This document shows positions 46,305 through 46,305 of a stretch of 46,305 nucleotides of DNA, piece after piece. The stretch is from positions 1-46,305 of the IMG/VR virus record IMGVR_UViG_3300010043_000005. One strand, 5' to 3'. The notes beneath the pieces are model-generated. The model was not told the DNA's origin and searched no databases. It was given only the letters and a program-made list of their open reading frames with translations. The position numbers and the translations under genes are program-made. Each line of letters opens with the position of its first letter. The first letter of the stretch is position 1. The stretch comes from a virus. Lineage: Duplodnaviria > Caudoviricetes.

Positions 46305-46305
46305 C

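Overview
This 46.3 kb window is a fragment of a tailed dsDNA phage or prophage genome, probably podovirus-like. It is cut inside ORFs at both ends and contains no host housekeeping genes, rRNA, tRNA or CRISPR array that I can see. It encodes large and putative small terminase, portal, scaffold, major capsid, head-tail and tail proteins, and several collagen, tail-collar and fibre proteins. It also has internal (ejection-type) virion proteins, an SF2 helicase, two HNH nucleases, a KTSC protein and a GH75 chitosanase-like putative lysin. The morphogenesis genes are scattered in blocks on both strands. The standout feature is a complete YcaO plus TfuA peptide-thioamidation pair (41.6-44.6 kb) set among the ejection-protein genes. 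It comes with a Cys-rich small protein, an unannotated 43-aa double-glycine-leader-like peptide and a perfect 12-bp hairpin over the ycaO ribosome-binding site. The phage also carries a SET-domain methyltransferase and three glycosyltransferase-like proteins, an unusually broad protein-modification toolkit. All family assignments come from my recognition of motifs; no database search was run.
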